The notes below the pieces were generated by a model. That model did no database searches and was not told the DNA's origin. It saw nothing but the letters and a program-made list of their open reading frames with translations. From an uncultured delta proteobacterium (lineage in GTDB: Bacteria > Myxococcota_A > Polyangia > Fen-1088), in NCBI GenBank assembly GCA_963737265.1, contig CAVTRY010000018.1:224001-288000 (forward strand): 64,000 nucleotides of DNA, given 5' to 3'. This document shows positions 10,353 to 20,188 of this stretch, piece by piece (the first letter of the stretch is position 1; every line of letters begins with the position of its first letter). Made by a program: the position numbers and the translations under genes.

Positions 10353-10996
10353 ACCGATCCTCCCTGGCCAAGCAGGCCCACGTAGTCCGCGAGCGCTGGC
10401 TCGGATTTCATGCGCGAGTCGACCCGCAGGGCGAGCCGAGCGATGCGCCGCTTGACGGTGGACAGACTCACCCCGTGGGCTGCGGCCACGTCGATGACTT
10501 CCATTTTTTCGATGTAGCGGGCAACGAACAACGAGCGATCCTCGGCACCCAGGCCGTCAAGCAGGCGGTAAAGCGCTCGCACCGCCTCGCGTGCCTCGTC
10601 GCGCTCGCCGGGAACGACGGTTTCTGGCAATTCCTCGCTCGAGGTCAACCCCACAATGGAGCGGATGCGACGGCGGCGCGCCTCGTTGCGCGAGACGCCG
10701 AGGGTGACGCCGATGATGAAGCCTGACAGGGCGCCCGGCTCGCGCAATTCGTCGAGACGCCTGAAAATTCGCAGGAACGCCTCCTGACACACGTCCGAAA
10801 GATCCGGACCCGGCCCGAAAAATCGCCTGACCAGTCGTTGCACCAGCGACGCGTATTTCTCCCAGATGGCCTGGCACGCGCGCCGGTCGCCGCCACGAGC
10901 GGCCCACACAAGCGGCCCATCTCCGCCGTCCGGACTGCCGGATCCGTACTGCGGCGGGGAGGGTAAGGGTAGCATGAGACGAAGTGCCGATTGCAT
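10349..10996 (-). CDS. ECF RNA polymerase sigma factor (start uncertain; alternatives at 11041 and 11059)
   Basis: Region 2 DVCQEAFLRIFRRLDELREP; region 4 VAAAHGVSLSTVKRRIAR. Confidence 0.92.
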   Translation of the reverse strand: MQSALRLMLPLPSPPQYGSGSPDGGDGPLVWAARGGDRRACQAIWEKYASLVQRLVRRFFGPGPDLSDVCQEAFLRIFRRLDELREPGALSGFIIGVTLGVSRNEARRRRIRSIVGLTSSEELPETVVPGERDEAREAVRALYRLLDGLGAEDRSLFVARYIEKMEVIDVAAAHGVSLSTVKRRIARLALRVDSRMKSEPALADYVGLLGQGGSV

Positions 10997-11222
10997 GGGC
11001 AGGCTACCAAGGACGATCTGTAAACGCAACGCTCTCGCCATGACGACCATGACGACCATGACGAATCATTTCGCGGGGAGATTGATGCACGGTCTCTCTT
11101 AACCGGGAGAGTCTCGAAGCGTCCGCCACAGCTCAGATCAAAGCTGACCCGCCCGGGCCGGCCCGCGACTCATAGCTGGTTGACGCCGTCTACTGTCAAC
11201 AAGCACAGATCGGGGGATTCCA

Positions 11223-12095
11223 ATGACTAATACCTATTTTACCAAGGTGTCCATTCCGTCGGCTATGGCGATTGTCGTTTGCATCATAGTCTTAGGTTGT
11301 AGCACGTCGCGTTCTGGCCTTCTCGTCAGCAAGGATGCGGGCAGCGCTGGCGGCAGCCCGGGAGGCACCGGTGGCGCGACGACCGGCGCGGGCGGCACGA
11401 TCGGCGGCATGGCCGGCGCGGGCCGCACCGGAGTGACGAGCGTGGCCGGCGCAGGCGGCAGCACTATTGCGGCCGTGAGCGGAGATGGCGGTGGCCTGGG
11501 AACGATCTCGACCGGAGCGGGCGGGAGCACGACCGGTGGCGCGGCGACAGGTGGAACCACGCCGCCCGGTGCCCCAACGGTGACAGACAGCGGCTATCTC
11601 ACCGTGTCCGCGGGTACGACCGTGCTGGTCGGGTACGTTTCATCGTTTGAGGGCGGATCCGGATCGTCGATTACGCTGACCTATACGTCGACATCCTTTT
11701 GTGCCTCGGGCACGGTAGGCGCAAATAGTGCCTACGATTCATGGGCCGGGGCTGGGTTCAATGTCAAGCAAGGGCAATCAGGATCGAGCGGATCCGCCAG
11801 CTCGTTGGTCCTTTCTGGAACGACGATTTCCATCAGCTACGTGAACCACGCCGGTTCCACGCTTGAATTTCAGCTCTACGACGGCAGTGATTACTGGTGC
11901 TACGAGCTGCCGCCTTCCGCCACCCCGACCACGAAGACAATCCAATTTTCGAGCCTCAACACGCAATGCTGGGATAACGGTGGAACACCATTTGTTTCTG
12001 GCACGCCTATCACGGTGGTTGAGCTGGTAGCGCCCGGCAGCGGCACCGTCGCCACGCCCTTCGATTTCTGCTTTCTGGGCTTGACGGTCCAGTGA
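11223..12095 (+). CDS. Lipoprotein with a Gly/Thr-rich linker and a C-terminal Cys-containing beta-rich (putative carbohydrate-binding) domain
   Basis: Lipobox VLGC, a GGT/GAG low-complexity linker, and a ~170-aa domain ending FDFCFLGLTVQ. Confidence 0.75.
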   Translation: MTNTYFTKVSIPSAMAIVVCIIVLGCSTSRSGLLVSKDAGSAGGSPGGTGGATTGAGGTIGGMAGAGRTGVTSVAGAGGSTIAAVSGDGGGLGTISTGAGGSTTGGAATGGTTPPGAPTVTDSGYLTVSAGTTVLVGYVSSFEGGSGSSITLTYTSTSFCASGTVGANSAYDSWAGAGFNVKQGQSGSSGSASSLVLSGTTISISYVNHAGSTLEFQLYDGSDYWCYELPPSATPTTKTIQFSSLNTQCWDNGGTPFVSGTPITVVELVAPGSGTVATPFDFCFLGLTVQ

Positions 12096-12145
12096 GCGTG
12101 GCGCGGTCTCAAGTCGTGTCGCGATGGCAACCTGGAGGAACACCG

Positions 12146-13339
12146 ATGAAATTGTGCTATTTCGGCTTCACGATGGCGCTCCTGGCGGGGGCGACGTGCG
12201 GTGGAAACCTGAGGAAGAATGGCCATGCGGACGAGCTTACCCAGGACACCGTGGTCAGCGAGACCACCGGCAAGAATCCCTTCAAGAATGTTCGCTTCTT
12301 TATCAATCCGGACTATGTCGAGGAGGTCGAATCGACGGTGCGAAAACTCCCCGACCAAGCCGCCCTGATTCGCAAAGTCGAAGCACAGCCAACCGCGGTC
12401 TGGCTTGACACCATTGCCGAGGTGTCGAAGTTGCCCCACTTTCTCGACGAAGCGAAGAAGCAGCAGGTTGCGAGCGGCCAGCCCACGCTCGCGGTGTTCG
12501 TGCTGTGCGATTTGCCCAACCGCGATTGTGCCGCCAAGGCGTCGGCGGGCGAGCTGGCGGTCGAGGCCGGAGGCGAAGCTCGCTACAAGTCCGAGTTCGT
12601 CGATCCCATTGCGGCGCAATTCGAAGCCCACGCGGACCAGCCTATCGTTGCCATTATCGAACCCGACTCACTGGCGAACATGGCCACCAACATGCACATT
12701 CCCAAGTGCGCCGCCTCGGCCGCGGCTTACAGGAATTCCATCGTCTATGCCATCAAACGACTGGCCTTGCCCAATGTCAGCATCTACCTCGACGCCGCCC
12801 ACGCCGGCTGGCTCGGCTGGGACCACAACCGAATCAAGATCACCAATATCTTCAAACGCGTGCTGCAAGAAGCCGGCGGTATCGACATGATTCGCGGCTT
12901 TGCCACCAACGTGTCGAATTACACGCATCTGCGCAATCGCGACGGCGCCGCACTGGCCTTGACCAATCCCTGTCCCAACGAAATCACCTACGTAAAAATG
13001 CTGGCAGAAACATTAAGCATGTACGGCATTCCAGGCAAAGGCTTCATCATCGATACATCGAGGAACGGCAAGGGCGGCATCAGGCACCAATGGGGAAATT
13101 GGTGCAATGTCAAGAACGCGGGCCTCGGCGAGCGACCCCGTGCAGAGCCGATGCCTGGAATCGATGCCTACTTTTGGATCAAGCCGCCGGGCGAATCCGA
13201 CGGCGTCTCCGATCCAGCACAGCCACGCTTCGACGAAATGTGCGCCATTCCCGACGCTGTTCAGGGCGCCCCCCAGGCCGGCAAGTGGTTCGAATCCTAC
13301 TTTCTGGACCTCATTCGCAACGCCAACCCGCCGCTTTAG
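12146..13339 (+). CDS. Glycoside hydrolase family 6 cellulase/cellobiohydrolase
   Basis: DLPNRDC, IIEPDSLAN, DAAHAGWLGW, GFATNVSNY, IDTSRNG, WCN, WIKPPGESDG and APQAGKWF; GGAGG RBS upstream. Confidence 0.95.
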   Translation: MKLCYFGFTMALLAGATCGGNLRKNGHADELTQDTVVSETTGKNPFKNVRFFINPDYVEEVESTVRKLPDQAALIRKVEAQPTAVWLDTIAEVSKLPHFLDEAKKQQVASGQPTLAVFVLCDLPNRDCAAKASAGELAVEAGGEARYKSEFVDPIAAQFEAHADQPIVAIIEPDSLANMATNMHIPKCAASAAAYRNSIVYAIKRLALPNVSIYLDAAHAGWLGWDHNRIKITNIFKRVLQEAGGIDMIRGFATNVSNYTHLRNRDGAALALTNPCPNEITYVKMLAETLSMYGIPGKGFIIDTSRNGKGGIRHQWGNWCNVKNAGLGERPRAEPMPGIDAYFWIKPPGESDGVSDPAQPRFDEMCAIPDAVQGAPQAGKWFESYFLDLIRNANPPL

Positions 13340-13404
13340 CTCGACTTCCCTGGTGATGCCGAGTTCATCGCGCATGAAGCTAAAATTGTTGTGGGCGTGG
13401 CGCG

Positions 13405-13470
13405 GGACCGAGACAGGACCGAGAACAATCCAGGACCGAGACAGGACCGAGACAGGACCGAGAACAATCC
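13405..13470. repeat. Short tandem repeat: five (CA)GGACCGAGA units, two followed by ACAATCC
   Basis: Read directly from the intergenic sequence. Confidence 0.85.
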
Positions 13471-13579
13471 TTCCCCAGCCGGTGTCCCGTGGGATACAAT
13501 CGCCCCGCGGCTTGGCTTGGCGATGGATCATGTTCGAAGGTGCGCCCGATAGACCCTTTTTCCCCGCGGGAGCTCCCCG

Positions 13580-14878
13580 GTGAGCGAATCCGAGCCGCGG
13601 GCCGCGCACCTGGTCGGCGCGGTCCTGGAAAACGCGTACCGAATTATCCGGCTTATCGGCGAGGGCGGCATGGGCGCGGTGTACGAGGCGGTGCAACTGC
13701 GCCTGAACAAGCGCGTGGCGGTGAAGGTGATGGCGCGCGACCTTTCCGCCAACCGCGAAGCCCTGGCCCGCTTTCATCGCGAGGCCGAAATCACCTCGCG
13801 CCTCGGTCATCCCCACCTTGTGACCGTCATCGACTTTGGCACCGCCGCTTCTGGCGAGCCCTACCTGGTGATGGAATACCTCGACGGCACCGATCTCGAC
13901 TACCGCATTCGTCAGCAGGGTCGCCTCCCGCTCGAAACCGCCCTCCACATCACCAAGCAAGTCGCCTCGGCCCTGTCCGCCGCCCACGACCAGGGCATCG
14001 TCCACCGCGATCTCAAGCCCGCGAACGTCTTTCTTCTGCAGGCGACCGGCGAGTCCGACTTCGTGAAGATCCTCGACTTCGGCATCTCGAAAATGAAGGC
14101 CGCGCGAACGCAGCTCACCAACGTTTTGGCCGTCATGGGCACGCCCAACTACATGGCGCCCGAACAGGCCACCGGCGCCGTCGACGACATCGATCCGCGC
14201 ACGGACGAGTGGTCGCTCGCGTGCATCGTATGGGAAATGCTGTCGGGCCGCGGTCCCTTCGCCGCCGCCGACGTGTCCGCGCTTCTGTACCAGGTCATCC
14301 ACCTCGACCCGCAGCCCCTGGCCAAGCGCGCGCCCAACCTTCCGCCCGGCGTAGAGCCCGTGCTTCGCCGGGCGCTGTCGAAGCGCATGGCGGACCGGTA
14401 TCCATCGATCGCGGATTTCACAAAGGCATTCGAGGCCGCCGCGCTCGGACGTGCGGTTGAGGTGACGCGATTTCGAGCAGGACACGGCGATCCTCGGCCG
14501 TTCCGGGTGAACCGTAGACTGGATGCCCACGTTCATCGACATCAATGGCGCCTATCTGGCGCGGAGGCTGTTTCGCGAATAGCTCGTGAACTTCCCAACA
14601 AGGGTTGGCACTGGCAGCGGGGGCAATGTCGGTGGCAGAGAAGCTGCCCTGTGCCGTCTCGACGAAGAGGTCGTGTTTCCAAACATCCTGGGGTGGAATC
14701 CACATGGGGTGGAAGTCTTCGATCATGGGCAGATGGTCGACTTGCGAGACCGCGGCGAACCGCAGCACGGCGGTGTCCCAGTGGTCGGAGGACTCGAAAA
14801 CTATTGTCGTGGTTCCATCGGGCAACTGGAGGCTCACCGCCAGGGACGACCTTTGCTTGCGGCTGTATTGGTAGCTGA
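13580..14878 (+). CDS. Hanks-type Ser/Thr protein kinase; credible to about 14460, probably C-terminally truncated
   Basis: GEGGMGAVY, VAVK, HRDLKPAN, DFG and GTPNYMAPEQ. The tail beyond about 14460 is antisense to another ORF. Confidence 0.88.
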   Translation: MSESEPRAAHLVGAVLENAYRIIRLIGEGGMGAVYEAVQLRLNKRVAVKVMARDLSANREALARFHREAEITSRLGHPHLVTVIDFGTAASGEPYLVMEYLDGTDLDYRIRQQGRLPLETALHITKQVASALSAAHDQGIVHRDLKPANVFLLQATGESDFVKILDFGISKMKAARTQLTNVLAVMGTPNYMAPEQATGAVDDIDPRTDEWSLACIVWEMLSGRGPFAAADVSALLYQVIHLDPQPLAKRAPNLPPGVEPVLRRALSKRMADRYPSIADFTKAFEAAALGRAVEVTRFRAGHGDPRPFRVNRRLDAHVHRHQWRLSGAEAVSRIARELPNKGWHWQRGQCRWQRSCPVPSRRRGRVSKHPGVESTWGGSLRSWADGRLARPRRTAARRCPSGRRTRKLLSWFHRATGGSPPGTTFACGCIGS

Positions 14879-15196
14879 GGCTGCGAATTTGGGAACCCAG
14901 CAGCGTCATCCACACCATGACGAGCATTTCTGGCGAACAGCGGAAGGCGACGGCCTGAAGAAGCATGCGCACTCGGTGCGGGTTGCGATCGTGCTCGGCC
15001 AATACATCGTCCAAGGAAGCTGTGGCCGGGAGAAGACTCGGTGGAACGTTCACCATGTGTCGGGCGTAGGCTTCGTCGAAGTCGTCGAGCCTTTGGAGTA
15101 GCGCGGCCCAGGAGCCAGGTGCAGAAAGAAAATCGAGGCGACTGTCTTTCAGGATGCCAACCAGCAGTTTCTGCGCTGCTCTTTGGTCGTGTTCAC
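14418..15196 (-). CDS. Hypothetical protein (both ends uncertain)
   Basis: Protein-like ORF (QKLLVGILKDSRLDFL...FESSDHWDTAVLRF); no family recognised. Confidence 0.45.
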
Positions 15197-15269
15197 GCCG
15201 CCGCCCTTTGCGAATACCCAAACGGGTCGAGCACGCATCTGGCTTCATCGACAATCGATTCCATGGTCG

Positions 15270-15583
15270 CTTCATTGGGGTCGTCGACCACGATGGTCAG
15301 CTCGGACCGAGCCCCGCAGAGCCGATGCGAGTACCTGAGTTTCACCTGGGTCGAGTCGCCAAGCGCGAACTGCTTCGGGCACCTCGATGTCGGGCTCGAT
15401 TTGCAAGCGCGATGAACGCCTAACCGTGGGTGCCGCGGCGTCGCGCGCACTGCCTGCCTCGATTTAGCGAAGGACTGTGGCCGGAACGACAATTGTAGTG
15501 GCCAGCGATTCGATTAGGTCGAGGCGTCCGATGCGCGCCAGGGAGATGAGCGGGGAACTATTGCAGACCCAGACGTCAACCAC
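15270..15583 (-). pseudogene. DUF3368-like PIN-domain toxin pseudogene
   Basis: VVDVWVCNSSPLISLARIGRLDLIESLATTIVVPATVLR*IEAG...WRLDPGETQVLA, with an in-frame TAA at 15464-15466; the expected VVDD segment is in another frame. Confidence 0.75.
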
Positions 15584-15695
15584 GTCGCAGACTCTCCTGA
15601 AGCTCGTCGAGCGTCTCTTGAAAGGGCGAGACGCCAGCATCGCTCAGGGTCCGCATGAAGTCGGTACGGCTCATGCGCGCGATCTCCGCACCCAA
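15576..15695 (-). pseudogene. UPF0175-family antitoxin, C-terminal fragment
   Basis: GAEIARMSRTDFMRTLSDAGVSPFQETLDELQESLRRG; stop overlaps the start of the DUF3368-like gene. Confidence 0.7.
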
Positions 15696-16082
15696 CACGG
15701 CGATGGCGGGGACGGCGCGAAAGAATTGCTGGTGCCGTGGCGGAGCGGCGGGTGGTGCCACGACGACGCCAACGTGCCAACCAATCGAGATCAGCCGAAA
15801 GCCTGTGGCCAAGCCGCACGGCAAGTCCGACCACCGGCGAGGAAGAAGCCTTCATCGCGTGCGAGATCCGCTTGCAAGCGGATTGCGCGCGCTTTATCGG
15901 GATCGATGATCTGCAAGCTCAGGCGCGACTTGGCCATTCGAAACCAAGGTAGGGACGGTTGCGCCATGGAAAACCAACGATGATCTTCCAGCCGCTCCGG
16001 GCAGCGCGGGCCGCTCGCATCGGCCAAAAGTTGGCCATTTCCCGCAAAGCCTGATAGGGGCAATCGGGCAAGGAGAAATCTC

Positions 16083-16697
16083 ATGAAAAACATCTTGTCG
16101 AGCGCTTCGTGTCTGGGTCTTCTTATTCTGTTCTCCCCGGTGGTCCGTGGGCAGGACGTGCTCACACCCCCGCGCGTCGCGGGCGTCCCGGCGGTTTCCG
16201 CGGATCCTGCGACGCCCGTGGCGCCCGCGGCCAAGGACACGGTCGTGTATTCCGGCTTGGTCAACTCGCCGCTGAGATTCGGCCTCGGACTCAACGTGGG
16301 CAACTTGGTCACCGGCGTGACGGCGAAGCTGTGGGCCTCCTCGGCGGTCGCGTTCCAGACGGCGCTCGGTGAAGGGCCCGACGGCAACAACATCCGCTGG
16401 CACCTGGACATGGTCTTCAGCGCCGGCACCTGGACGTCGTCCGACAGCCAGTACGTGTTGCCGTTCTATATCGGTGTCGGCGGCGTCTTCGATCACCAAT
16501 TCGCCGCTGGCCAAAACGTGAGCTACTCCGGCGGAGGATTTCGCGTGCCCATGGGCATGTCCGTGCTCGTGCACGGAAACCCCATCGAGCTGTTCTTCGA
16601 GATCGCGCCCGAGTTCACGGTGCGCGGCAACTCGAACCAGATCGGAAAGTACGTATTGAATATCGACGGCAGCATTGGGGCCCGCTACTTCTTCTGA
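16083..16697 (+). CDS. Small outer-membrane beta-barrel protein
   Basis: Signal peptide, amphipathic strands (FGLGLNVG, PFYIGVGG, ELFFEIAP), C-terminal GARYFF; AGGAG RBS. Confidence 0.8.
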   Translation: MKNILSSASCLGLLILFSPVVRGQDVLTPPRVAGVPAVSADPATPVAPAAKDTVVYSGLVNSPLRFGLGLNVGNLVTGVTAKLWASSAVAFQTALGEGPDGNNIRWHLDMVFSAGTWTSSDSQYVLPFYIGVGGVFDHQFAAGQNVSYSGGGFRVPMGMSVLVHGNPIELFFEIAPEFTVRGNSNQIGKYVLNIDGSIGARYFF

Positions 16698-16703
16698 CGC
16701 ATT

Positions 16704-17225
16704 TCAGCCCTTGTCCGCTCTCGGATCCGGGTGCTTCCCTGAAATGGGGGCTGGGGCTTCACCTCGCCCCGCGCAGGTGGGATCGGAGGGAAAAACAGGG
16801 AGGAACGGAGGACCAGAGGGATCACGGGTTGGGTTGACGAGGCGGCGGAGACCCTCGCGAAGTACGGGGACGTGGAAATTGACGAGCAGGCCCACCGGCA
16901 GTCGTAGGAGCTTGAGATAGGTAATGACCTGTGCCAAGTGGACAGGAAGCAACTGCTCTACCGCCTTGACTTCGACGACCAAACGGCCTTCCACCATGAG
17001 GTCGAGGCGATAGCCGCAGTCGAGGTCAATGCCTTTGTACTGCAGAGGAATCGCGACCTGACGTTGCGTGCGAAATCCACGCAGGCCTAGCTCGCGCGCC
17101 AGGCAGTGCTCGTAGGCCGACTCAAGCAGCCCGGGACCGAGGTGACGGTGGACTTCGATGCAGGCGGCGATAATTTGCCCAGTAAAGTCATCCTGTCTCT
17201 GTTTCTCCGTTCCTCGCTGTTCCAT
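16704..17225 (-). CDS. GxxExxY family protein (PD-(D/E)XK-like)
   Basis: EVHRHLGPGLLESAYEHCL, YRLDLMVE, VEVKAVE and GLLVNF. Confidence 0.93.
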   Translation of the reverse strand: MEQRGTEKQRQDDFTGQIIAACIEVHRHLGPGLLESAYEHCLARELGLRGFRTQRQVAIPLQYKGIDLDCGYRLDLMVEGRLVVEVKAVEQLLPVHLAQVITYLKLLRLPVGLLVNFHVPVLREGLRRLVNPTRDPSGPPFLPVFPSDPTCAGRGEAPAPISGKHPDPRADKG

Positions 17226-17264
17226 ATCTGCGTTTTCGGCGGCACTCCGCCAGAAGTTGCTACC

Positions 17265-17747
17265 TCACCGAGCCCCCGGCTGGGGCCCCCGTTTCAGGGA
17301 GGCACCCCTCGGATCCTTCACCGGCGCGGTTTCCGATGCCCGCTCCAGGGCATCGCGCATCGCGTGCGGATCGACGGCCTCTTGCATGGCATCGGCTTCG
17401 CGATCGACGCGGTTGCGCACCATGGGTAGATCGCGACGAAGCTCTTCGACGAGCCCGACGAGATTGGCCACCTTGCGCTCGGCGAGCAGGTTCACCTGCA
17501 AGTCGAGGTGCGAGCGCTCTTCGGCGTTGCGCGTCTGCCGGTTGGCCGTAATGAGGACGAGCGTGGTCATCAATAGCGCGGACAGCGCGACCATTCCTTG
17601 CAGCCAGAAGAAAGGAGGCGGGTCGATGCTGTGCCAACCGAACAGCTTGGCCCCGACGCCGTTGAGCGCGACCCATGCGACGACGACGGACAAGGTCAGA
17701 TAGACAGTGCGCGGCTTCCCCAGCGCGGCGGTCAGCACCTCTATCAT
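17265..17747 (-). CDS. DUF1003 membrane protein
   Basis: DPPPFFWL, LITANRQ and HLDLQVNLLAE. Confidence 0.85.
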   Translation of the reverse strand: MIEVLTAALGKPRTVYLTLSVVVAWVALNGVGAKLFGWHSIDPPPFFWLQGMVALSALLMTTLVLITANRQTRNAEERSHLDLQVNLLAERKVANLVGLVEELRRDLPMVRNRVDREADAMQEAVDPHAMRDALERASETAPVKDPRGASLKRGPQPGAR

Positions 17748-17910
17748 CCGCTGGTGTTTGTCCAGGCGTTGTACCGGACACCTGACCCAACCCCCACCAA
17801 CCTTCTGACACCGCGCTCTGCCCCGGTCAAGGCGAGAGGGGGTTCGATTTCCGCGTCGACATCGCGTACCTTACGCGCGCGGCTCGGCCGCAACCCCGAA
17901 CCATGGAACC

Positions 17911-19861
17911 ATGATCGCCACTACGAATCTCGCCAAGGAATACGGCGCCCGCGTGCTGTTCGCGGACGTGTCGCTGCAGCTTGGCGCCGGTGCTCGCTAC
18001 GGCCTCGTGGGCGCGAATGGCTCGGGCAAGACGACCTTCTTGAAGGTTCTGGCCGGAGACGAGGAGGCCTCGGCGGGAACGGTGTCCATCCCCGCGTGCG
18101 CCCGCATCGGCGTGCTCAGGCAGGATCGCTTCCTCGACGACGGCGAAATCATCCTGGATCTGGCCATGCGTGGCGATGGGGTGGTGTGGAACGCGCTCAC
18201 CGAGCAGCGGCGCATGGTGGCTGCGGGTGGCGACGTGGACGCCGGACGCATGGCGGATCTTGAAGATCTCATCGCCGCGCACGACGGCTACACCCTGGAG
18301 GCGCGCGCCAGCGAGGTGCTGGAAGGCCTGGCAATCGCGACGCGCTACCATCGCGCGCCGCTGTCCACGTTGTCGGGCGGTTTCAAGCTGCGCGTGTTGC
18401 TGGCCCAGGTGCTGGTGGGCGGCGTGGACGTGTTGCTGCTCGAACGAGCCGACCAACCATCTCGACATCCTCACCATCCGCTGGCTGGAAAAGTTTCTCG
18501 CCGGCTACACCGGCTGCGCGGTGATCATCTCGCACGACCAGCGCTTCCTCGACAACGTCACCAGCCACACCCTCGACGTGGACTACCAGACCATCACGCT
18601 CTACAAGGGCAACTACTCGAAGGCGATGGTGGAAAAGGCCGGCGTGCGCCAACGGGCCGAAACGGGCGTGGTGCGCGCGCAGGAGGAGATTGCGCGCAAA
18701 CGGGCCTTCGTCGAGCGCTTCGGCGCCAAGAACACCAAGGCCACGCAGGCGCAAAGCCGACTCAAGCAGATCGAGAAGATCGAAGTCGCCACCCTGGTCG
18801 AAAGCTCGCGGCGCACGCCACGCTTTCACGTTGTGCCCGAGCGGCCGAGCGGGCGCGAGGTGCTGGAGCTGCAAGGGGTGAGCAAGGCCTACGGCGACAA
18901 GCGCGTGCTGATTGACGTATCGCTGACGGTGAGGCGGGGCGAGCGGGTGGGCATCATCGGACCCAACGGCCTCGGCAAGTCGACCCTGTTGCGGATCGTC
19001 GTGGAACGCTTGGCGGCGGACGTGGGACGGGTCAAATGGGGGCACGAGACGAGGTTCGGCTATTTTCCGCAGGATCACCGCGAGGTCTTGGATGACGCCG
19101 AGGTCACGCCGCTGCAGTCGATGGAAGCCCTGTGCCCGGGGGAAAGCCCTACCTTCGTGCGCTCGCAGCTTGGGCGGGTTCTATTTTCGGGCGAGGATGT
19201 GGACAAGCGCGTGGGCCTGCTCTCGGGCGGCGAGGCGGCGCGCCTGATCTTCGCGTTGCTGGCCGTGCGCAAGCCCAACGTGCTGGTGCTGGACGAGCCG
19301 ACCAACCACCTCGATTTGGAGGCCATCCACGCCCTGGTGGAGGCGCTCAAGGCGTACACCGGTACGGTTGTCTTCGTCTCGCACGACCGCTGGTTCGTGA
19401 GCGAGCTGGCGACCCGGATCGTGGAAATCACCGGCGCCGGGCCGCGCGACTTTCCCGGGACGTACGCGGAGTACCTGGCCAAGCTTGGCGACGACCACCT
19501 CGACGGGGAAGCGGTGGCGCTCAAGGCAAGGGCGGCCAAGGCCGAGCCGTCACCGGCGAAGGAAAGCGCGGCGGGCGAGGGAAAGATCGACTCCTGGGAA
19601 GAGCAGAAAAGACGGCGCAATCGCGCGAGCCAGTTGCCCAAGCTGCGCGACAAGGTGTTGGCGGACATTGCGGCGGTGGAGGCACGCAAGGCCGAGATTC
19701 AGGCGATCTACGCCGATTCGACCTTCTTTCAGCGCGCGAGCCCCGACGAGATCGACGCGCTGGTGAAGGAGCACGATTCGCTGGCGCCGCGGATCGACAG
19801 CCTGATGAGCGCATGGGAAGAGATCGAGCGCGAGATCGAAGCGGCGGGTAGTCCATCATGA
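17911..19861 (+). CDS. ABC-F family ATP-binding protein (apparent +1 frameshift at 18443-18444)
   Basis: Two ABC domains (GANGSGKT and GPNGLGKST; LSGG; DEPTNHLD). Removing one A restores LLLDEPTNH. Confidence 0.92.
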
Positions 19862-19863
19862 GA

Positions 19864-19997
19864 AGGGATCCGAACACCGTCATCTGGACCATCGACGGCA
19901 GCGAGCGCTTCCGCCACACCGGCCGGCGGGTGTCCCGCAGGTGGAGATGTGCGTCATCGCGAACCTGGCCATCGGCGGCACTTGGCCGGGCGCGCCC
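19864..19997 (+). pseudogene. C-terminal remnant of a GH16 beta-glucanase-like gene
   Basis: DPNTVIWTIDGSERFR, then in a shifted frame VPQVEMCVIANLAIGGTWPGAP, matching the GH16 pattern WxxDG...NLAxGGxWPG. Confidence 0.65.
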
Positions 19998-20188
19998 TTT
20001 CGGCCGAAGCAAACGAAGCAAACAGGGCGTCTTGTCACCGGCGAGACTCTCAGGTACTGTTTGCGCCAGTATTCCACATGTGAATCGGACCCAACCACCG
20101 CGCAGGTGTGGTCGCCACCTGCCATTGCGCTCAGCGAAGGGTCGGACGCTGATCGGAACCGTTCACCAATCCTGCAAGGAGTGTCGGC

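Noticed and set aside
13405-13470. Mini-CRISPR array
   Set aside because: Units are only 11 bp, not palindromic, and have no unique spacers.
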